A DNA stretch of 64,000 nt from Candidatus Microgenomates bacterium (GCA_025451195.1 JANWKV010000017.1:2471-66470), one strand, 5' to 3'. Counted from the first letter of the stretch, positions 37,264-47,020 are shown. Program-made: numbers and translations. Notes: generated by a model not told the origin, from the sequence alone.

Positions 37264-37899
37264 TTACCTGTTTTTATTTCTTAAAGTAATTCCTGTAAAG
37301 AAAGGTATCGGATTTGCCGAAGCGGAATTTTCAACAACTCCTGTTGGTTTTGCAGATGTTAGTGAAAAAGATATTCCAATAACAGGGTAGTCTGTTGCCG
37401 ATGATTGACTGCAGGTAAATCCGCATGAAGTTGTCATAACAGAATTAGTATCTAAATAAGGCTGCGGAGTTGGATTAGCGCTTGTGTAGTAAGTAATTGA
37501 ATTGTTTACGCTATCACAGGTGAATGTAGTTTGATTTCCGTCCGGATCTGTAACGGTTATTGCGGTTATTGTGGGAACCGGCGTGGGATAAACAGCAGTG
37601 ACGCATGTTGGAGTCGGAGAAACTATTAAAGGGGAAGAAACATCTGTTGCATCTCTTATCGTTTTTGACATCTGCGTTATTACGTAATTCCCATTCTGTT
37701 TTACATTTGTTAATGTATCTGTTTTTGTTGAAGTTCGCAGTGATGTTACAAGAATTACTGTTCCAATACCGCTTACTAAGGAAAAAACAACTATTACTGC
37801 TAAAAGCTCTATCAAAGTAAACCCGTTTGTGTTTTTTGTTACTTTGTAAATTATAGAAAAAAATTTAATTTTTAATTTGGCAAAAATCATGCTATTCAT
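37264..37899 (-). CDS. Type IV pilin-like protein (prepilin N-terminus …TNGFTLIELLAVIVV); Thr/Pro-rich
   Basis: G|FTLIE class III signal. The start is placed at the ATG 2 nt after the upstream gene's stop. Confidence 0.7.
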   Translation of the reverse strand: MNSMIFAKLKIKFFSIIYKVTKNTNGFTLIELLAVIVVFSLVSGIGTVILVTSLRTSTKTDTLTNVKQNGNYVITQMSKTIRDATDVSSPLIVSPTPTCVTAVYPTPVPTITAITVTDPDGNQTTFTCDSVNNSITYYTSANPTPQPYLDTNSVMTTSCGFTCSQSSATDYPVIGISFSLTSAKPTGVVENSASANPIPFFTGITLRNKNR

Positions 37900-37901
37900 A
37901 A

Positions 37902-38477
37902 CTAACTTGGCGCCGGAACAACATCTCCGCTTGAAAAGCATGAAGAAAGTTTTACGCTGTGGCAATAAGGATTTACCCTGCTCGTACATTTATTGTCTGC
38001 CCAAGAAACAGATGAAATCACATATGTTCCGTATTGACACTGATTTGGGCTGCCTCCTCCCGGGGTATCGTTATAAATTGTTATCTCACGTACAAACGTA
38101 TTGCTAACATTTGGATTACAAACCCCGCTATTTGGTCCGCATGTAATATAATCTGATGCTGCCGGATTGGTCTCAATTTGTCTGCACGTATCTGCAAGGC
38201 AATAATGCTGACTAAGCGTTACGAATGTGCCGTAATTTGTGTTTCTCATAAACCTCATTATTTCCATGCCTTGTTGGGCATATTGAGTTGCCAGGTTTTG
38301 ATTTTTAACAAACTCGGCATTATTAAGCGATGTTATAGCGGCAATTGTTATAGATGTTACAATTACCGTTATAACAGACAGCGCGACAAGTACCTCAATT
38401 AATGTTTGCCCCGTACACGAGCACCAACACCTGGGGCCACGGGCGATGACGGACAGGATTTTTTGAAATATCTTCAT
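37902..38477 (-). CDS. Type IV minor pilin-like protein (…CTGQTLIEVLVAL…)
   Basis: GQTLIE prepilin-like motif followed by a hydrophobic helix. The start is chosen directly after the upstream stop. Confidence 0.55.
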   Translation of the reverse strand: MKIFQKILSVIARGPRCWCSCTGQTLIEVLVALSVITVIVTSITIAAITSLNNAEFVKNQNLATQYAQQGMEIMRFMRNTNYGTFVTLSQHYCLADTCRQIETNPAASDYITCGPNSGVCNPNVSNTFVREITIYNDTPGGGSPNQCQYGTYVISSVSWADNKCTSRVNPYCHSVKLSSCFSSGDVVPAPS

Positions 38478-39010
38478 TTTATTAGACCTGTATTGAAAAC
38501 CGTAATTGGCGTTGGTGTTATGCTGTATCCTCCAACTGAGATATTCCATGAAGATGAATTGGGAGAATCACAGGGGGACGAAACGCTACTCGTTACTGAA
38601 TTAAATAAAAGCGTATGGGAGTCTGTTGTAACTGTAACATTTGGAGGGAGCGGCTTGGCTGTACCACTTACCAAGCTGTCTGTACTGTCGCACCTGATGT
38701 CAAGTTGATAACCCGAACTAATATTGCATGCAGCACATGCATCGTTTTTGGGACAAAAAACTACTAAATAACCGTTGAATTTTTGCCCTGAAGAGCAAAG
38801 CGATACTTGGGAATTTGCTCTTGACCTTGCATCAAAGATTGTTGTTTTTATCTCCTGGGTAACAGTATTTATCGTCTGTTTTCTGCTATAAGTAACAAAT
38901 GCTGCCAAACCCGCGGTCGACAAAATAGCAATTACGGAAAAAACTACAATTAATTCAATTAGCGTAAAACCCTTTAGGAAGTGCCATTTTCTTTTGAGTA
39001 TAAATTTCAT
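38474..39010 (-). CDS. Type IV pilin-like protein (MKFILKRKWHFLKGFTLIELIVV…)
   Basis: KGFTLIE motif. ATGA start/stop overlap with the upstream pilin gene. C-terminal Cys residues. Confidence 0.7.
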   Translation of the reverse strand: MKFILKRKWHFLKGFTLIELIVVFSVIAILSTAGLAAFVTYSRKQTINTVTQEIKTTIFDARSRANSQVSLCSSGQKFNGYLVVFCPKNDACAACNISSGYQLDIRCDSTDSLVSGTAKPLPPNVTVTTDSHTLLFNSVTSSVSSPCDSPNSSSWNISVGGYSITPTPITVFNTGLIK

Positions 39011-39504
39011 GGATTGTATACGTTGTAGTATTTTCCCGACGTACACGTACCGCTTCCTGTAACACCGGTTGGAAGAGAAGAACTTATGTGCGAATCTGTG
39101 TCGCTGCCGTTTTCAACACAAAAACTCAGGGAATATTGACCGCTTCCGGTATAATTATATAAGTAAACGCCTCCATTCCATGTTCCGCTGCCGAACGGAT
39201 CGCATGGAATTTTTTGCATGTATGTAGATGCACCGCTACTTAAGGAACCTCCGCAGGTTGATAGAGTGCTACTTACCGGATAATCCGATTGGTCTGCTCG
39301 GTATTGCTCAAGAGCAGCCTGGATCTCGCTAATGTCTGATTTTCTCCTGCCATCTCTTGCCCTTTCACGAACACCGATAAAACTGGTTAACAAAAGCGAT
39401 GCAAGTACGCCAATTATTGCCATAACAATTAGAAGTTCTATTAGCGTAAATCCTTTAGTTATTCTCAGGGTAATTTTCTTTCCAGGTATTCCGTTAATTA
39501 CCAT
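39007..39504 (-). CDS. Type IV pilin (…ITKGFTLIELLIVMAIIGVLA…), PilA-like
   Basis: Canonical prepilin signal and N-terminal helix. 165 aa. Confidence 0.75.
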   Translation of the reverse strand: MVINGIPGKKITLRITKGFTLIELLIVMAIIGVLASLLLTSFIGVRERARDGRRKSDISEIQAALEQYRADQSDYPVSSTLSTCGGSLSSGASTYMQKIPCDPFGSGTWNGGVYLYNYTGSGQYSLSFCVENGSDTDSHISSSLPTGVTGSGTCTSGKYYNVYNP

Positions 39505-39535
39505 ATATTTATGATAGGCCGCCAGTAAAAATTAA

Positions 39536-40051
39536 TCAAGGCGATGTGTTTGGACTTGATACTCCAAAATTACATATACCACCGCAAGCCATAGGTGGAA
39601 TATTGTTTGTTTGTAAACTGGCACAAATACCAGGACCCGCAGACAGGCATCTTTCCGGATCAGAACTGTCTTCCAGAGAAGCATACAAGTAATATGTTTG
39701 ATTATTGTTTGTAGAGAAATAAATGTATTTCCTATTTTTATCAGGATCTTTAGGAAGGAAATTCATATATGGAATCCAGGGATTACCCCAGAGAATTGGA
39801 ATATTTGTTTTAAAATCAACAATTTGATAATTTTTTGAAGAGGGGTATCTTGCTCTGTCTCTAAAATATTCTTCAAGCATTTTTTGCAGCTGTTTTATGT
39901 CGTTTTTTCTTATTGCGTCGTTCATTTTTTCTATACGTTGGGTCGGATTAATGATTGTTAAAACAAATCCTCCTATAACAACGATAACGCCTAAAAAAAT
40001 AATCACTTGAATAAGTGTAAGTCCTTTCTCTAAAAAACCATTTTTTTTCAT
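39536..40051 (-). CDS. Pilin-like protein with a non-canonical N-terminus (MKKNGFLEKG|LTLIQ; Gln rather than Glu at position +5)
   Basis: Short basic leader, Gly, then a hydrophobic helix. The conserved Glu5 is replaced by Gln and the +1 residue is Leu. Confidence 0.5.
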   Translation of the reverse strand: MKKNGFLEKGLTLIQVIIFLGVIVVIGGFVLTIINPTQRIEKMNDAIRKNDIKQLQKMLEEYFRDRARYPSSKNYQIVDFKTNIPILWGNPWIPYMNFLPKDPDKNRKYIYFSTNNNQTYYLYASLEDSSDPERCLSAGPGICASLQTNNIPPMACGGICNFGVSSPNTSP

Positions 40052-40052
40052 A

Positions 40053-40490
40053 TTACGGACATGCATTGCCGGGATTTGAAACTTCACAAACTTTACCTGT
40101 TGCTGATTCATATCTATAAAAGGGGTTTGAAATAAACCTCGCGGATTTTAAAGGAGAGGTGATAACAATACTGACGCAGGAAACTCCACCTGTGCAACCT
40201 GCCGGATTTGCGGTAAAAGTGTAGGAGTAGCCATCGGGAGGACTTGGTTGTTTACTGATTTCATTTTCACCAAACAAATCCGCCAAACTCGCGGGATAAA
40301 AACCGCTATGGTTTGTCGCGAAGGATTCGCTGGCTCTGCCATATAAACTAATATCCTGTTCTGCAACAGTATCTGATGCATATTTAATTTGATCAAAAGA
40401 AACTGCAACAATTACAACAGATAAAATTGCCGCAATTCCCATAACTACAAGAAGTTCCAAAAGCGTAAAGCCCCTTAAATTGGCATCCAT
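40053..40490 (-). CDS. Type IV pilin (MDANLRG|FTLLELLVVMGIAAIL); paralogue of the 41365-41862 pilin
   Basis: Canonical short leader. The C-terminal half shares ESxAT…GFYPAS…CTGGV.C…YESATGK.C with the other pilin. Confidence 0.75.
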   Translation of the reverse strand: MDANLRGFTLLELLVVMGIAAILSVVIVAVSFDQIKYASDTVAEQDISLYGRASESFATNHSGFYPASLADLFGENEISKQPSPPDGYSYTFTANPAGCTGGVSCVSIVITSPLKSARFISNPFYRYESATGKVCEVSNPGNACP

Positions 40491-40540
40491 ATTTCTAGTA
40501 TGGATATGCAAAATTTTGCTGTCAAGCCTGGACTGGATCT

Positions 40541-41314
40541 CTACCTGAAAAATATAAAAAAAATATTAAGAAGAAAATTGCCCCACAAAAGAGTGCTTAT
40601 GGTTCCCAAGGCCAAAAACGGTCCGAATGCAATTGTGCTTTTAAGCTTTTTCCTGCGAAGAAAAATTAAAAGTATTGAAAACAAAGCGCCTGACACAAAA
40701 GCTATGTAAATAGAAATAACTATGCCGGGAAACCCAAGTAGAATTCCCATAACTAAAACAAACTTTACATCTCCCATTCCCATTCCTTTCCCCTTTGTAA
40801 AAACGGCAAGCAAAAGAAAAAACAAAAATGCGCCGACTCCCGAAATAATAAACACGGGAATTTTTCCAAAATTTGTAAACAAATTAAAAAGAAAGCCGCA
40901 AATTCCAAGCGACAAAAGAATTATGTCCGGAATTATTCCATCAAAAATGTCAATGAAAAATATAATAATAAGTAACGACATAATGAAAAGACAATAAATA
41001 AGCCAAATTGGATTTAGGCCGTGTTGGTAAAAATATATACTTCCTAAACTAAAAAGTATGCCTGTTGTAATTTCTATTATTGGATATCTGTAACCTATAA
41101 ATTTTTTGCAATAACGACACTTACCATAAAGAAATATAAATGAAAAAACAGGAATTAGATCTATCCAGGATAAAGTGTGTTTGCAAAATTCACAATGGGA
41201 CCGCCCTTTAAAAAAGGTTTCGCCACGGGGAAGTCTGTCTATAATAACGTTTAGAAAGCTTCCTATAAATAACCCGGAAATAAAAAGGACAATTACGAAT
41301 AGAAGAAAATGCAC
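40541..41314 (-). CDS. pilD: Prepilin peptidase / N-methyltransferase (A24 family)
   Basis: N-terminal CxxC…CxxC zinc-binding region (CEFCKH…CRYCKK); multi-transmembrane protein with conserved Asp residues. Confidence 0.8.
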   Translation of the reverse strand: MHFLLFVIVLFISGLFIGSFLNVIIDRLPRGETFFKGRSHCEFCKHTLSWIDLIPVFSFIFLYGKCRYCKKFIGYRYPIIEITTGILFSLGSIYFYQHGLNPIWLIYCLFIMSLLIIIFFIDIFDGIIPDIILLSLGICGFLFNLFTNFGKIPVFIISGVGAFLFFLLLAVFTKGKGMGMGDVKFVLVMGILLGFPGIVISIYIAFVSGALFSILLIFLRRKKLKSTIAFGPFLALGTISTLLWGNFLLNIFFIFFR

Positions 41315-41364
41315 ATAAAAATCGTACGTTAAATATAAAACAAAATCAACCTAGGAGATGGTAA

Positions 41365-41862
41365 TTAACATTGTGCGCCAACAACCGGAGTTATCGCGGG
41401 TCCTAAGAAACAAGTCTTACCTGTTGCAGATTCATATTTCATCAGCGGCGTTGCAGAGTATTTTGCGCTTTTCATTACTGACCAGATAGCAATTCCTGTA
41501 CAATCAACACCGCCTGTACAGGATCCTGGATTTGTAATCCAGTTATAACCGTATCCTGATGCCGGAGTAGGGGCAAATTTTAATTCATTGGCAGTTACTA
41601 AATCTGCTGCAGATGCAGGATAAAAGCCGTTTCTAGCTGTTGCATAAGATTCCGCCGCCCTTGCCTGCACGCCTACATCAGATAATACTCTTGAGTCATT
41701 GGCTGCGTTAATTTTTTCTGTTGGGTTGATTGCCGCAACAAGACCGATAGATAAAACTCCTAAAATTGCCATAACTATTAAAAGCTCAATAAGAGTAAAC
41801 CCCTTAGTTGCGCGCAGAAAAAGCCTCTTTTGATATGTTATCTTAAATCTGGGCAGAAACAT
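41365..41862 (-). CDS. Type IV pilin, candidate major pilin (…LRATKGFTLIELLIVMAILGVLS…)
   Basis: Canonical prepilin motif. C-terminal disulfide-pair cysteines. Sits next to the pilC/pilT/pilB genes. Confidence 0.75.
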   Translation of the reverse strand: MFLPRFKITYQKRLFLRATKGFTLIELLIVMAILGVLSIGLVAAINPTEKINAANDSRVLSDVGVQARAAESYATARNGFYPASAADLVTANELKFAPTPASGYGYNWITNPGSCTGGVDCTGIAIWSVMKSAKYSATPLMKYESATGKTCFLGPAITPVVGAQC

Positions 41863-41913
41863 ATACTTAACTTAGTATACACACATATTTTACTTTGTTG
41901 TCAAGTGGTAGCA

Positions 41914-43113
41914 TTATTGTATTGACGAGGTAAGATTATAAATAGGCGTAATTACAGAAATAATAAGGAATGCAACTCCTAAGCCCAACATAACCATAAT
42001 AATAGGTTCTATTAAAACCGTAAGATTTTTAACCTTTTCTTCAACTTCTCTTTCAAAGTATTCAGAAATCTTTAGAAGAGATTCGTCTAATTTTCCTGTT
42101 TGTTCACCAATCTTTACCATTTGGATAAAAATTGGCGGAAAGACAGAATAGGTTGACATTCCATCTCCAACGCCTATGCCTTTTTCAACTCTAGCGGCAA
42201 CGTCAAGAATGGCGTTTCTGTAGACTAAATTTCCTGCAACATCGGAGGTTTCATTTAATGATTGGACAACAAGCGATCCTGCTTCGATTAAAAGTCCCAT
42301 TGTACGGGCCACCTCGGAAAGAATAGATAATGTAACAATATTTCCCATTATCGGAATTCGAAGCATAATTTCATCTCTTATTAATCTTCCTGATTCGGTT
42401 GCAACCCAACGGGTGTAAAGAAATATAATAAGTGCAACCATGCCGATTGCGATAGGCCACCAATTTACAAAAAAATGAGATATCGTAATAACAACAACGG
42501 TTGCAAACGGTAATTTAATATTAAGATTCGCGTACAAACCGGTCAGCTGCGGAATAACAAAAATCATCATAACCATAGTTACAGCAATCATTAAAACAAC
42601 TATAACTGCTGGATAAATAAGAGCTGCTTTTACAGCACCTTTTAGCTTTTGTCCCTTTTCCAGATTATCGGCAAGTCTGTTCAAAATTTTATCCAGAAAT
42701 CCTGACGATTCTCCGGCTTTAATAAGAGAAATATAAACAGGAGAAAATACATTGGGAAATTTACTGATTCCGAATGAAAGTGGTTTTCCCTCCTGAACAT
42801 CTGCAATTACACTTATTACAATCTCTTTCATTGAGGGATTTTGCATTTGATCTTTTAGGATCGACAAAGCCTGCATAAGAGTAAGTCCCGATGCAAGAAT
42901 TGAAGAAAGTTGCCTTGTAAATAAAACCAAATCCGTATTCCCTTGTCTTTTTAAAAAAGAGAGAAGAGATATTTCTTCTTGTTTCGGTTTTATGAAAATC
43001 GGAAGAAGGTCCTTACCCCGAATGTAATATGCGGCCTCACTAATATCTTTTGCTTCGATTATTCCTTGTTGAATTTTTCCGTCTTTACTGACAGCCTTAT
43101 AATTAAGCTTCAT
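41914..43113 (-). CDS. pilC: Type IV pilus inner-membrane platform protein PilC (GspF family)
   Basis: Two T2SSF repeats, ~400 aa, multiple transmembrane segments. Confidence 0.85.
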   Translation of the reverse strand: MKLNYKAVSKDGKIQQGIIEAKDISEAAYYIRGKDLLPIFIKPKQEEISLLSFLKRQGNTDLVLFTRQLSSILASGLTLMQALSILKDQMQNPSMKEIVISVIADVQEGKPLSFGISKFPNVFSPVYISLIKAGESSGFLDKILNRLADNLEKGQKLKGAVKAALIYPAVIVVLMIAVTMVMMIFVIPQLTGLYANLNIKLPFATVVVITISHFFVNWWPIAIGMVALIIFLYTRWVATESGRLIRDEIMLRIPIMGNIVTLSILSEVARTMGLLIEAGSLVVQSLNETSDVAGNLVYRNAILDVAARVEKGIGVGDGMSTYSVFPPIFIQMVKIGEQTGKLDESLLKISEYFEREVEEKVKNLTVLIEPIIMVMLGLGVAFLIISVITPIYNLTSSIQ

Positions 43114-43119
43114 AGGAAA

Positions 43120-44187
43120 TCACCCTAACATGCGCAGTAATTCTTCCGGGTGGAGAGAATAATTTTTTGCAACTTCTAAAGAGACTGCACCCGACAATAC
43201 AAGTTGGGCCAGATATGCTTCCAAGGTTATCATTCCAACTTCTTGAGACGTTTGAATAATAGAATCTATAAGATGGGTTTTCCCTTCACGGATATTGCTG
43301 GATATTGCGGCGTTTGCGATAAGTACTTCAACTGCCGGAATTCTTCCTCCTGCCAACTGGGGGAGAAGTCTTTGGGAAATAATTCCTCTTAAAACAAACG
43401 AAAGCTGGATACGAATTTGTGACTGCTGATGCTCAGGAAAAGAATCTATAATACGGTCAACGCTTTGAGACGCGGAATTAGTATGAAGGGTTGAAAAAAC
43501 CAAATGGCCCGTTTCCGCAATCGTCATAGCCGCCGCCATTGTGTCCGGGTCACGCATTTCTCCAATAAGTAAAACGTCCGGGTCTTCACGAAGGGCAGAT
43601 CTTAATGCCATGTTCCAGGAATGGGTATCGGATTTCATCTCGCGTTGAGAAATAATACTTTGCCCGTTAGGATAAATATATTCGATAGGATCTTCTATTG
43701 TTAGAATATGCGATGACCGTCTCATATTTATTTCATTCACCATTGACGCAAGCGTTGTTGATTTTCCGTGTCCTGTTGGACCTGTCACCAGCACTAAACC
43801 CTGCCGCAACTCTGCAAAAGAATGACAAATTTTTGGCAAATGCAACTCTTCTATTGAGGCAATAGATCTTGGAAGATATCTGAATGCTGCACACAAAACT
43901 CCACGCTGATAATATGCGTTTACACGAAATCTTCCAAGGTCTCCTGTTATACCTCCTCCGTAAGGAATTGAAAAATCAAGTTCTTTGTTGGTAATAATCA
44001 ACTCTTTTTGTTCCGGACTTACAACGGCAAAAATCATTTGCTCGGCTGTTTCTTTGGAAACGGCAGAATAATTTGAAAGAAGCGAAAGCGAACCGTTTAT
44101 TCGAATAGCAGGGGGAATACCAGGTAGAATATGCAAATCAGAAGCATTATTTTTAACTGTTAAATCAAGTAATTCTTTTATATCCAT
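43120..44187 (-). CDS. pilT: Type IV pilus retraction ATPase PilT. The start is taken at MDIKELLDL.
   Basis: ASDLHI…, Walker A GPTGHGKSTT, Asp box and His box. ~355 aa with no N-terminal extension. Confidence 0.8.
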   Translation of the reverse strand: MDIKELLDLTVKNNASDLHILPGIPPAIRINGSLSLLSNYSAVSKETAEQMIFAVVSPEQKELIITNKELDFSIPYGGGITGDLGRFRVNAYYQRGVLCAAFRYLPRSIASIEELHLPKICHSFAELRQGLVLVTGPTGHGKSTTLASMVNEINMRRSSHILTIEDPIEYIYPNGQSIISQREMKSDTHSWNMALRSALREDPDVLLIGEMRDPDTMAAAMTIAETGHLVFSTLHTNSASQSVDRIIDSFPEHQQSQIRIQLSFVLRGIISQRLLPQLAGGRIPAVEVLIANAAISSNIREGKTHLIDSIIQTSQEVGMITLEAYLAQLVLSGAVSLEVAKNYSLHPEELLRMLG

Positions 44188-44252
44188 AAAACTCCCTTCG
44201 GTCGTAATAAACAAATATACAAATAATCCAATTGAAAAATTTGATTATCGTA

Positions 44253-46076
44253 TTATTCTTGAGCGACCCTTAGCACTTCTTCAATCGTTGTATTACCTTT
44301 TAAAACTTTTAAAAATCCGTCCTGTTTCATTGTAACCATACCATCCTGGACTGCTTGTCTTTCAATTTCATCAATGGAAGAATGTTTCAGTAAAAGTTGG
44401 GACATTTTTTCTGTTACAGGCAGCACTTCAAAAATTCCAATTCTTCCCAGATATCCCGAATCTCCACATTCCGCACATCCTTTACCTTTATAAAATTTTA
44501 TCTGGGTTGAATCTGCCGGGAAGAGAACCCCTAATGTTGCTTTTATCTCCTGAATCAGTTGGGCAGGAGGTTCATAGGCAACTTTACAAGTGCTACAAAT
44601 CTGACGGACAATGCGCTGACCTACAATTGCGTTTAGCGTTGATGCAATTAAAAACGCTTCGGCACCCAAATCCAGAAGACGGGGGAGTGCTCCGGCTGCG
44701 TTGGACGTATGAAGTGTTGAAAAAACCAAATGGCCTGTAAGTGCTGCTTGAATTGCAAGGTCTGTTGTTTCTCTGTCTCTAATTTCTCCCACCAAAATTA
44801 TGTTTGGGTCCTGTCGTAAAAAAGAGCGGAGTCCGAATGCGAATGTAAGACCAACTCCCGGGTTAATTTGCACTTGGTTAATTCCGGGGATTTCATACTC
44901 GACAGGATCCTCCAAAGACATTATATTTACTCTTGTTGTGTTAAGTTTTGTCAAAATAGAATAAAGCGTTGTTGTTTTACCCGATCCGGTTGGTCCACAA
45001 ACAAGAATTATTCCGTGCGGCCTAAGTATTGCGGCATCTAAATTTCTAAGGGAAATACCATTTAAACCTAATTCGTTCAATGTTGGTATTCCTCCCGATT
45101 TACGCAAAAGTCTCATCACAACTTTTTCCCCATGAGCTGTTGGTAAAACTGACACACGAAGATCCACTTCTTTATCTTCAACTTTAAAATTAAATCTTCC
45201 ATCCTGAGGAGTTCGGTGCTCATCGATTTTCATTTCCGATAAAATTTTTATGCGCGAAATAACTGCCTCCTGCACTGTTTTGGGAAGCGTTAATCTGTCG
45301 TATAAAATGCCATCGATCCTATACCTTACTCTTATTCTGTCTTCCATCGGCTCTATGTGAACATCCGATGCCCTGGACAAAACCGCGTAATCCAAAATGG
45401 TTGATACAATTTTTGCAATCGGTGCTTCCTTAATAATTTCTCCAATTTTTTTGCTGTCAACAGTTTTGCTTTTACTTGTTAATTCTTCTGTTTCCTTAAC
45501 TGCTTTGCCTACCTCGCCAACTAATTCCTGTCTATACTGTGAGCTAATTGCCTTTTCAACGTCTGAGGGCGTAGCGGCGTATGCTTTAATTGTCAATCCG
45601 GTTTTTTCCCTTACAAATTGTATTGCCTCCAAATCAACAGGATTTGCCATAGCAATTGACAGTGTTTTTGATGTATCGTCATATGAAAACGGAATAAGGG
45701 CAAATCTTTCAACAACAGCACGCGGAATAAAACTCAAAGCTTCTGGAGAAAAAGCAGTTGTTGCCAGCGAAACAAACGGAACACTAATTGCTTGGGCTTT
45801 GGCCCTTGAGATTTTTTCCTCATTAAACAAATGCATTTCGTTAAGAACTGTTTCTGCTGATTTTCCGCCCGTTGCCATCTTAACTTTAACGTCTTCATAC
45901 TGCTGTCTTGTAAGTAAATTTTGGCTTAGGAGTATGTCCGCAATTGTGTTTCTGTCATCTGATATTTGTATTGCAGAAGAACTATCCTGAACTTGAGCCA
46001 CCTGCGTATTTTGTGCAGGGTCTTGTGGCGCAGCTTGAAAATTTTGATCAGGTTGTGGTAATTGTGATTGTGTCAT
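44253..46076 (-). CDS. pilB: Type IV pilus assembly ATPase PilB (GspE family) with a T2SSE_N domain and a C-terminal tetracysteine motif. The start is taken at MTQSQL.
   Basis: Walker A GPTGSGKTTT; CSTC…CAEC zinc motif; N-terminal MshEN-like domain. Confidence 0.85.
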   Translation of the reverse strand: MTQSQLPQPDQNFQAAPQDPAQNTQVAQVQDSSSAIQISDDRNTIADILLSQNLLTRQQYEDVKVKMATGGKSAETVLNEMHLFNEEKISRAKAQAISVPFVSLATTAFSPEALSFIPRAVVERFALIPFSYDDTSKTLSIAMANPVDLEAIQFVREKTGLTIKAYAATPSDVEKAISSQYRQELVGEVGKAVKETEELTSKSKTVDSKKIGEIIKEAPIAKIVSTILDYAVLSRASDVHIEPMEDRIRVRYRIDGILYDRLTLPKTVQEAVISRIKILSEMKIDEHRTPQDGRFNFKVEDKEVDLRVSVLPTAHGEKVVMRLLRKSGGIPTLNELGLNGISLRNLDAAILRPHGIILVCGPTGSGKTTTLYSILTKLNTTRVNIMSLEDPVEYEIPGINQVQINPGVGLTFAFGLRSFLRQDPNIILVGEIRDRETTDLAIQAALTGHLVFSTLHTSNAAGALPRLLDLGAEAFLIASTLNAIVGQRIVRQICSTCKVAYEPPAQLIQEIKATLGVLFPADSTQIKFYKGKGCAECGDSGYLGRIGIFEVLPVTEKMSQLLLKHSSIDEIERQAVQDGMVTMKQDGFLKVLKGNTTIEEVLRVAQE

Positions 46077-46125
46077 GGGCAGATATTTTAATCGTACACA
46101 AAGAAGAGCTATAATACAAGCTGTT

Positions 46126-46779
46126 ATGCAAACATTTTTGATTATTTCCAAAAATAAAGACCGGGAAAAGATTTACATAAATGACATGCGCAAAAAACAA
46201 AATATTGATCCTCTCGATTGCGTTTTTTTATCAACAGAGAAAACATTTGGCATTGAAAATGTACGCGATCTGCAGAAAACCATCTTTTTAAAACCCTTAA
46301 AAAGCAAGGAAAAAATTGTTGTTGTTGAAGATTTTCAAACCGCAACGATTGAGGCTCAAAACGCAATGCTAAAAATCCTTGAAGAACCGCCAAATAACAC
46401 AATTATTATTTTGACTTCTCAATCTATAAGATTTGTTATTCCGACCGTTCTTTCCCGGACAACATTAGTGCATCTTGAGGACGAAGAAAAAAATGATAGA
46501 GACAGTAAATCAACAGAAGAGCTCTTGAAAATTATAACGATGACGGATGAAGAAAAATTATACCTAGCACAGGAAAAATCAAAAGATAAGGAACTTGCTA
46601 TTAACTGGGTAGTAAAGCTTATCTACGGATCAAGAAATTTACTCCTGGAAAACTCATCCAGGCAAAACATTGAGATGTCCAAAAATTTGATTGAATCATA
46701 CAGGCTAATAACAGAAACAAACGTAAATACGCGGTTTTTGCTGGAAAATACACTTTTAAAACTGCGTCAGATTGGTTAA
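46126..46779 (+). CDS. holB: DNA polymerase III delta-prime-like clamp-loader subunit, N-terminally truncated (no Walker A region)
   Basis: AQNAMLKILEEPP and the SRC-like …LSRTT… motif. Only ~218 aa. Transcribed divergently from pilB. Confidence 0.6.
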   Translation: MQTFLIISKNKDREKIYINDMRKKQNIDPLDCVFLSTEKTFGIENVRDLQKTIFLKPLKSKEKIVVVEDFQTATIEAQNAMLKILEEPPNNTIIILTSQSIRFVIPTVLSRTTLVHLEDEEKNDRDSKSTEELLKIITMTDEEKLYLAQEKSKDKELAINWVVKLIYGSRNLLLENSSRQNIEMSKNLIESYRLITETNVNTRFLLENTLLKLRQIG

Positions 46780-46957
46780 ACCTGATAATTTTAATATTCT
46801 TGACGAGAGAATATAAAAAAGTTATAACGATCTATTAGAATTTATAAAAATAATAGAAACGAATTCAAATAGTCGGGTATTAAAACTATTTGTATACCCA
46901 TCTAACTCAGGTTTGCAAATAGTGTATAACACCCGATTACTTGATTTTGGCCTCACC

Positions 46958-46990
46958 AACTTTTTGCAAAATCAAGTATGAGTGGTATAA
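46958..46990 (+). promoter_or_regulatory. Second copy of the shared promoter-like motif (…TTTTGCAAAATCAAGTATGAGTGGTATAAA…)
   Basis: About 28/31 identical to the pheS-upstream element. Lies ~30 nt upstream of the pncB-like start; a GGAG precedes the ATG. Confidence 0.4.
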
Positions 46991-47020
46991 AATTGATTTA
47001 GTGGAGTATAGTATTTGAGC

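Noticed and set aside
46077-46151. 25-aa N-terminal extension of pilB (MEIIKNVCITACIIALLCVRLKYLP) from the longest ORF
   Set aside because: The extension overlaps the divergent holB region, is hydrophobic and Cys-rich unlike PilB N-termini, and the internal Met (MTQSQL) gives a standard T2SSE_N start.
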